This document shows positions 33,500 to 39,237 of a DNA stretch of 39,237 nt, one piece after another. How positions within the stretch are numbered: position 1 is the stretch's first letter; each line of letters opens with the position of its first letter. The notes below the pieces were generated by a model. That model made no database searches. It was given only the letters and a program-made list of their open reading frames with translations, and was not told the origin of the DNA. The translations under genes and the position numbers were made by a program. This stretch comes from a virus (Duplodnaviria > Caudoviricetes): IMG/VR virus record IMGVR_UViG_3300050195_000096, positions 1 through 39,237 of that record; one strand, 5' to 3'.

Positions 33500-35300
33500 G
33501 CTTGAAGTCCTTAACCCAAGAGGATCCAGTTAACTGGAGATAATGCGCCATCATTCCCATGATATCATATTCTTGGGAGATCATTGGATTAGCCATGGCC
33601 ATCTGCATGATCCCTTGAAATGCATCAATTCCGATGAGTTTGCTGGTTGGCAGCACGCCATCGGCAACTCTAAATTCAATTGCTGCCGCACGTAATTGTG
33701 AGGGATCAATCTCTACAGGTTTATTCACAGACCTATTATAAAGAGTTTGGGGAAGTTGGTATTGCAGTATATTAAGTTTAAGGATTTCCTTTAGAGGTTG
33801 GAAAAAACGATGTTCTATGAAGAGGGCCATAGTAGCCATTCGTGAGTCGCTCCGATCCATCACAGTGGAGAACTCAGCCCGTGATTTATTTCCCTTCTGA
33901 AACTGTCCCCTAGCAGCCCTGTTTTGTCCATTCACCATATCTGCCATATCTGCAATGTCGCGAGAGAACGCTAGGACACTTGCCACACCTTCATCTCGGT
34001 AGGGAATCTGGTAGATCGCATTAGATAGTGGCTGACCATAAGCCTGTGCTTTGATTGGAATGCGCCCTACGGAATCCACGTTGTCAATGTCTGCCTTGTT
34101 GATTGCCGACGGATTATACAGCAGTCGATCATAGACCTTTCGTCGTTGTGATTCCATTGCAGAGTTATAGAGTGCAGAAGCTGCCTGCTGCATAGGAACT
34201 GCATTATCTGCAAAAGACTTGGTTTGCCAGCCCAGTCCATCCTCGATCAACTGCGCAGTGATGATAGGCAGGAAATTGTGTGCATTAGACTGTTGCTTGC
34301 AGAGGATCAGGATTGAACGGTTTACAATTACAAGCTTATAGATTCGCGGAGTCCCTCCCGGACCTAGATTGAATTCTTTTGGAACGAGTCGAGCATACAG
34401 GGTAGTGACTTCATACATTCCCTTATATGCAATTTGATTTTTCTGCTCTAGGCCCAGGTAAGCTAGCCAAGAAGTTGCATCAAAGCCTTGTGCAAGGATG
34501 GACTTAGCATTAACTTCTGGGACATAGAAAGCATCCGTTCCAGTAGTTCCCATGGCAAATGATGGAGTACCCGATTCATATGCTTTGGTAGCATTCATGG
34601 TGAATGCAGAATTGGCAGAGAAGAAGGTCTGAAGCTGTGTGCGATTCCACATCTCTGTGTAACCTGCATATTCTCCATGAATGTGATTGACCGAGGGAGC
34701 TACTCGACGATCTACGATTAGATTGTATGGATCTAAGCGTTTGATTCGATTACCTTCATAGTAAGTGTCAACTGCCACTCCACGAGAAACATCTTCATAA
34801 GGTTGTGAAGAGATGGCTGGTACGATCATTCGATCCCAATCAACCTCAACTGCAGTGATGTTATGCTTCAGGCCGTCACGGATAGCCATCAGCAGTTCTG
34901 GGACATAGCCAAATCGGATGCCCTGATCTCCAATGAGCGTTTCCATTTGAAGGGCAATCTCATCAAGTTCAGGCTTGGAGACCACCGGAAAGATTGGATA
35001 AGATGATAGGAATAGATCTGAGAGGTAGGAGAGTGCAGCATCCACCTGTGGCATGACCACCGGGATGGTGATATTTCGCAGGGCGTTGGCATTACCATTA
35101 GCGTTCGCAGCAGCGGCCCGCGCATTGGTGGCCGTTCGATCCTGCTCACGGTAATATGCCAGATCTTGTTCTAGATACTGTGCACGCAAGTTGAAGTTAT
35201 TGGATAGAGTGGCCAGTGCCACATTTGTAAATCGCACGATAGCCTCCTGAGACTTGCTCGTAGGAATCGTAGAGTTTTGATTCAGAGGATTGGTAGCCAT
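33432..35300 (-). CDS. portal protein
   Basis: 622 aa, IKRLDPYNLIVD motif, Gln/Pro tail, position between terminase and scaffold. Confidence 0.8.
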   Translation of the reverse strand: MATNPLNQNSTIPTSKSQEAIVRFTNVALATLSNNFNLRAQYLEQDLAYYREQDRTATNARAAAANANGNANALRNITIPVVMPQVDAALSYLSDLFLSSYPIFPVVSKPELDEIALQMETLIGDQGIRFGYVPELLMAIRDGLKHNITAVEVDWDRMIVPAISSQPYEDVSRGVAVDTYYEGNRIKRLDPYNLIVDRRVAPSVNHIHGEYAGYTEMWNRTQLQTFFSANSAFTMNATKAYESGTPSFAMGTTGTDAFYVPEVNAKSILAQGFDATSWLAYLGLEQKNQIAYKGMYEVTTLYARLVPKEFNLGPGGTPRIYKLVIVNRSILILCKQQSNAHNFLPIITAQLIEDGLGWQTKSFADNAVPMQQAASALYNSAMESQRRKVYDRLLYNPSAINKADIDNVDSVGRIPIKAQAYGQPLSNAIYQIPYRDEGVASVLAFSRDIADMADMVNGQNRAARGQFQKGNKSRAEFSTVMDRSDSRMATMALFIEHRFFQPLKEILKLNILQYQLPQTLYNRSVNKPVEIDPSQLRAAAIEFRVADGVLPTSKLIGIDAFQGIMQMAMANPMISQEYDIMGMMAHYLQLTGSSWVKDFKRAPAQQPMPQQGTAVPPQGTPS

Positions 35301-35345
35301 TGATTGAATTCCTTGGTTGGTTGATTAAGCAATTAGCCTGCGGCA

Positions 35346-35810
35346 CTAGAATGCATATCTCAGATTAGCTGCCAGTCTCCTAGCCCAGCCACGTCCGTAG
35401 GTATCAAAACTTTTCAGGGAAGTCATGAACTCTAAGCGTGTGGCAAGGTATAGGATCAGAACATCTGTGAGTTGTAGTTGGCTCAGCCTATTGGCAGACA
35501 CTGGTCCCCAGTGTCCATCATCGGCTACGCCTATAGCTTGTTGCAGCTTTCTTACGGCTGTTTGAATTCCAGAGTTCACGGCAAAGTCAAACACCTGAAA
35601 TTTGAGTGTCGGATGAATGGTTCCAAGGGGTGCCCAGAAATCTCGATAGTAAATATCCTTTGCCACTTCCAGTGTGAGATTTTTAATGTCTATGTCAGGA
35701 TAGGATCTCTTGGAGATTCCAAATTTAGTCTCCCCTCCAGGATCCCTTGGATCATTTACATATCCACCCTCACTTGAAATGAGCCGATTGAATGCTGAGG
35801 TAAAGTCCAT
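35346..35810 (-). CDS. GH108 endolysin with peptidoglycan-binding domain
   Basis: EGGYVNDPRDPGGETKFGIS; FDFAVNSG; DGHWGP; GRGWARR. Confidence 0.92.
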   Translation of the reverse strand: MDFTSAFNRLISSEGGYVNDPRDPGGETKFGISKRSYPDIDIKNLTLEVAKDIYYRDFWAPLGTIHPTLKFQVFDFAVNSGIQTAVRKLQQAIGVADDGHWGPVSANRLSQLQLTDVLILYLATRLEFMTSLKSFDTYGRGWARRLAANLRYAF

Positions 35811-35823
35811 TTATGTTAACCTT

Positions 35824-37314
35824 CTAGAAGGCCAAAGCTAGATTATGAGAACCGGAAGCTTCTGTTGAGTCCTCGGAATAAAGCAGATCACATTGCATGG
35901 CTAGTCCAAACTCATTCAATGCTGGATATGCATAGGCTATCACATCTAATATGTCATCCTTGTTGTTTGTCTTAGATGGATCGAACTGAACAATTTGATT
36001 GATCACCAGATTTCTCACGTCCTGACCAAGAGTTATTTTCCTTGCTTGCAAATCCTTCAGACCTGCAATTATTCGAGAGGTTTTAGATCCTCGCGGATAG
36101 ATCTCATAAACATTTAATCCTTGGATTCCCTGATCTAATAGAACCTGCTGGATCCAAAAGACTAGGGAAGCTTGATAGGCTACAGATTCTACGAGAATTG
36201 CCCGCAAGCTGTGCTTCAGAGCCAATCGAATTGCATTCTTGGCAGTCTCCAATGGATTGAATTTTCCGACAAGGATCTCAGGGAAGTGCGGTGTTTGATC
36301 GAAGTATAGACATACTCCAAGGACCAAGTCATCACTGCGCTTCTTTCCCATTGATGGATCAATGATAATGCAGCCAGCTTCTGGGAATTCCCCAGGTAGT
36401 TCAGTTGGCTGAATGAGGGATATGTCCACACCTGCACGTGATCCAGCTTCTTCATCGTTCATTACCTCAGCATAGAAGATTTCCGGGCAACCCATTGCAA
36501 TATCTGACTCCAGTTCTGCTAGGAGTTCTTCCTTACTTTTCAGTTCCGGCCAAATGGATTCGCCATCCTCTAGGATGGCACCAGTAATAAAGGACACCCA
36601 CAGAGGATTTCTTTTAAGCAGTTTTAGGAGTGAGCCATCGCATGGATACATATTTCCTACGAAGATCCGAAGGGATACCTGCGGAGATACGAACTTCAGT
36701 AGAGTTCCTACGAACCAGTCACGTAGGTTGCGAGCCTCCGTGGGAGACTGTGCCTCTTCCCGTGCTTGCATGTCGTCACAGATAAGGACATCTGGACGAA
36801 TGTATTTAATGTTAAGTCCACGGACTGATGTATTCTTGCCTACTGCCAGTAGGATTACTGATCGTCCACAGAGGGAGAATTTCTTGAGTTGCTGAGTGTC
36901 CTTTTCAGTGGTGTTTCTGTAATCTCCGAAGAGTTTACGGATATTATCTGAAGCTAGAACATCACATACGTCAGCAATGAAGTTCATTGCCAGCGGCTCA
37001 GTATTGCAACAGGCCACAATGAACTGACGTTTAGTAAATAGGATAGTGCGAACTGCAAAGAGTTTCAGGAGTACAGTCTTTGCAAAGCCGCGAGGGATTC
37101 CGAAGGCCAGATTATCCACTCCGGCCTCCTTCTCAGTGCTTTCGCAAAGAATTTGCCAGACAGCATGGTGCAATGGAGAGAAGGAGAAGCGATAGACTTC
37201 CGGTAAGCACACCTGTGCGAAGAAGTCCAGATCTGTAAGCATTCGAGAAATTACTTCTTCTCTGTGATAGCCTACTGAGTCTAGGAGTTGGGAAGTTGGA
37301 GTTTCGTCAATCAT
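35824..37314 (-). CDS. terL: terminase large subunit
   Basis: Walker A IPRGFAKT, Walker B LICDD, nuclease IIIDPS and KDDILD. Confidence 0.9.
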   Translation of the reverse strand: MIDETPTSQLLDSVGYHREEVISRMLTDLDFFAQVCLPEVYRFSFSPLHHAVWQILCESTEKEAGVDNLAFGIPRGFAKTVLLKLFAVRTILFTKRQFIVACCNTEPLAMNFIADVCDVLASDNIRKLFGDYRNTTEKDTQQLKKFSLCGRSVILLAVGKNTSVRGLNIKYIRPDVLICDDMQAREEAQSPTEARNLRDWFVGTLLKFVSPQVSLRIFVGNMYPCDGSLLKLLKRNPLWVSFITGAILEDGESIWPELKSKEELLAELESDIAMGCPEIFYAEVMNDEEAGSRAGVDISLIQPTELPGEFPEAGCIIIDPSMGKKRSDDLVLGVCLYFDQTPHFPEILVGKFNPLETAKNAIRLALKHSLRAILVESVAYQASLVFWIQQVLLDQGIQGLNVYEIYPRGSKTSRIIAGLKDLQARKITLGQDVRNLVINQIVQFDPSKTNNKDDILDVIAYAYPALNEFGLAMQCDLLYSEDSTEASGSHNLALAF

Positions 37315-37897
37315 GATCTACAATCCCCCCCCCCCCCCATTGATCTGCCATAGCTTTAGCCACTCCGAGATATGTTCTGGAGCGATTAGGTCCCGGAGGT
37401 TCACGCCAAACCTTGGGTTCTCTACCTTCGACAATATTACTTGGAACCAGTTTAGGAAGATTCTCTAACCAAAGGCAGGTAGCCTTAGTCTCGCCAGTTC
37501 CATGCTGCCAAGGTTGAATAGTCTGATCAGCTTTACGTACCCACGTGGAGATAAGACTCACTGGATTCTCAAGTGCTATCTTGTTAACAGGCAGTGCTAG
37601 GAGCTTCTTAACGAATTCAAGAGCATCAAACATCTTCTCCCATCGACCTTCTTCAGTGTGCAAGTGGCGCGCACCGCTAACTGCCAGGTACGTGCATGGA
37701 GGATGTGCAATTAGTAGATCGAAATGGTTAGGTGGAAACTGCGAGATAAACTCAAAGATATCTCCTTGAAAGTGTGGACCTGGATTCTCAGTCTCTAAGA
37801 GGTCTACGGAGATTGCATTGTGTCCATTAGCTATGAAAGCATCCCGGACGCGTCCAGAGTATTCACAAGCTACGAGAACGTTGAGTTTTTTAGTCAT
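37307..37897 (-). CDS. short phage C5-cytosine methyltransferase-like protein
   Basis: VLVACEYSG, LIAHPPCTYL (catalytic PC), ALENPV, QPWQHG, KATCLW, AMADQWG. Confidence 0.75.
   Translation of the reverse strand: MTKKLNVLVACEYSGRVRDAFIANGHNAISVDLLETENPGPHFQGDIFEFISQFPPNHFDLLIAHPPCTYLAVSGARHLHTEEGRWEKMFDALEFVKKLLALPVNKIALENPVSLISTWVRKADQTIQPWQHGTGETKATCLWLENLPKLVPSNIVEGREPKVWREPPGPNRSRTYLGVAKAMADQWGGGGIVDHD
37325..37338 (-). repeat. G14 homopolymer upstream of terL start
   Basis: 14 consecutive C on the + strand. Confidence 0.9.
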
Positions 37898-37970
37898 GGT
37901 TGTAGAGTTAGATGTTAAAGTGGTGCAATGAGCGAGCTACGCTCAAGGCCGGCGAAGCCGGACAGAAGAT

Positions 37971-38522
37971 CTACAGAATGTCATCCAAGGGCTGCGAAAC
38001 AGCTAGGAGATCTGTGGGAATCTTAGCTGAAACTTCTATAGCTCCCATAGCCTTCTTACGTTCAGCCAGCAAGATACCGAGATTCCTGGACGGAAGTGTA
38101 GCCGTGGAGCGTCCATCAATGGCAATTACTTGCTTGTCTTGAGATAAGCTAATAGCAACCTTAGCGGCTGCAGGCAGGTCCAGAGTAATGACTGTCGTAG
38201 GAGTGGAGTCCAGTTGCGCACCTATATTTCTCCTACGAACACTTGATAGCATTTGCAGTGCTTTCATTGCCTTCATAGGATCAGTGATCATGGGCGCAGT
38301 GGCCTCCACCCTGCGAAGGACCGTGTCCTCTACCTGATCAATGCGTGCATCATAGGCCACGTTAGCTGCAATGGCATCAGCTTTCTTCAAGGCCAACGCA
38401 TCTTGAAACTCCGGGGTGCTCAGAAGTTGCGATACCAGTGAGTCACTAATTCCACAGGCGGCCGCGGCTGCTCTCTGGGAGACCCCTGCGGCTAGGAAGT
38501 CGATCAGTTTATCTTTATCCAT
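37971..38522 (-). CDS. probable terminase small subunit
   Basis: N-terminal HTH GVSQRAAAAACGISDSLVSQLL, central helices, first gene of late arm. Confidence 0.6.
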   Translation of the reverse strand: MDKDKLIDFLAAGVSQRAAAAACGISDSLVSQLLSTPEFQDALALKKADAIAANVAYDARIDQVEDTVLRRVEATAPMITDPMKAMKALQMLSSVRRRNIGAQLDSTPTTVITLDLPAAAKVAISLSQDKQVIAIDGRSTATLPSRNLGILLAERKKAMGAIEVSAKIPTDLLAVSQPLDDIL

Positions 38523-38604
38523 TAGAATGCTCCGAAGGTTGTGAGTTAATTTTAGGGTTGGGTAATGGTGAGGAATATTTTAGAAAATTATGAATAGCTA
38601 ACAC

Positions 38605-38664
38605 TTAGAAAAATTTAGAAAAATTTAGAAAAATTTAGAAAAATTTAGAAAAATTTAGAAAAAT
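38605..38664. repeat. (TTAGAAAAAT)6 tandem repeat
   Basis: six exact 10-bp units; one partial copy near 38579. Confidence 0.95.
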
Positions 38665-38891
38665 GGGTTAGGTTCCAGTAGGATAAATCCTACCGCGCAC
38701 CCAAAAAGAGCCACCCCCGCCCACAGCAAACCGAACGGACTGGTACGGAACTGTACCGTACCGAAGCTTCCCCGTTACACACTGTTACAATGTAAAGATT
38801 AGGCTGTAAGTTTCGTGTAAGGTTAGGAAGTTAGAGTTCAGTCATCGGTTAGGGAACAGGTTCCTGACCTGGAAGGAAGCAAGAGGAAGAT

Positions 38892-39143
38892 ATGTTCAGC
38901 AAGCAAAGCAAGTATCAGACTGCGGTTAAACTGGCAATGAAGGCCTGGATGATGTTTATGGAAACTGGCAGCGCGGCCGGCCGACGCGCCTTCGAGCGCA
39001 TGATGCGCCTGGCTCGCACGCTCCGTGTTCCTGCAGGTGCGCTTCGCGCACAGCTTTGGATGGATGTGGAGACTATGAGCGAAGCGAAGCTTCGTACCGG
39101 CCTCTGTGCCTTCGGCACCTTAGGTGCCTTCGGCACATACTAA
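38892..39143 (+). CDS. first early gene, small basic protein
   Basis: 83 aa, AGAGGAAG RBS; duplicated AFGT at C-terminus. Confidence 0.6.
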   Translation: MFSKQSKYQTAVKLAMKAWMMFMETGSAAGRRAFERMMRLARTLRVPAGALRAQLWMDVETMSEAKLRTGLCAFGTLGAFGTY

Positions 39144-39237
39144 TAACCCCTTTACCATACCCCCCTCTAGGGGGAGGGGGAGGCATATAATCAATGTTCA
39201 TTCATTCGAGGGGGGTCGAGGGTGACCCCCTCAGGGG

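Noticed and set aside
38605-38664. Tandem repeat considered as a CRISPR array
   Set aside because: 10-bp units with no spacers; the Cas4-like gene belongs to a phage recombination module
39160-39191. sigma70 promoter at TATAAT 39186-39191
   Set aside because: No -35 or TG extension at proper spacing; not supportable without TSS data

Overview
The window looks like an essentially complete ~39-kb genome of a lytic, short-tailed (podovirus-type) dsDNA phage with two arms. The + strand arm (38892 to the window end, then 30..15911) carries early and replication genes: a RecD/Dda-like helicase, a Cas4-like nuclease, a Sak4-like ATPase, a DUF669-like SSB, a family A DNA polymerase, a DUF3987-like helicase, a MazG-like pyrophosphatase and ThyX. 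The - strand arm (38522 down to 15976) carries packaging, lysis and virion genes: TerS, a C5-methyltransferase-like gene, TerL, a GH108 endolysin, portal, scaffold, major capsid, an HNH endonuclease, adaptor, holin-like proteins, an SGNH esterase, a tail nozzle and four probable ejection proteins. The arms converge on a bidirectional terminator and diverge across a region with phased A-tract repeats. I could not recognise an integrase, RNA polymerase or primase. The most notable signals are: (1) a perfect H-type pseudoknot plus unstructured repeats ahead of the SSB gene, matching the T4 gene 32 autoregulatory operator layout; (2) a ~160-nt intergenic structured RNA with a 23-bp closing stem, a three-way junction and complementary loops; (3) a 531-aa virion protein with two equal-length arms of 18-aa Thr/Gln/Asn repeats around a helical core, possibly a giant beta-hairpin DNA conduit; (4) a hairpin that buries the holin RBS and start codon; (5) a His at PolA position 762 with no visible primase; (6) a clamp-binding motif on the MazG protein. 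All family assignments are by eye from motifs; no searches were run.
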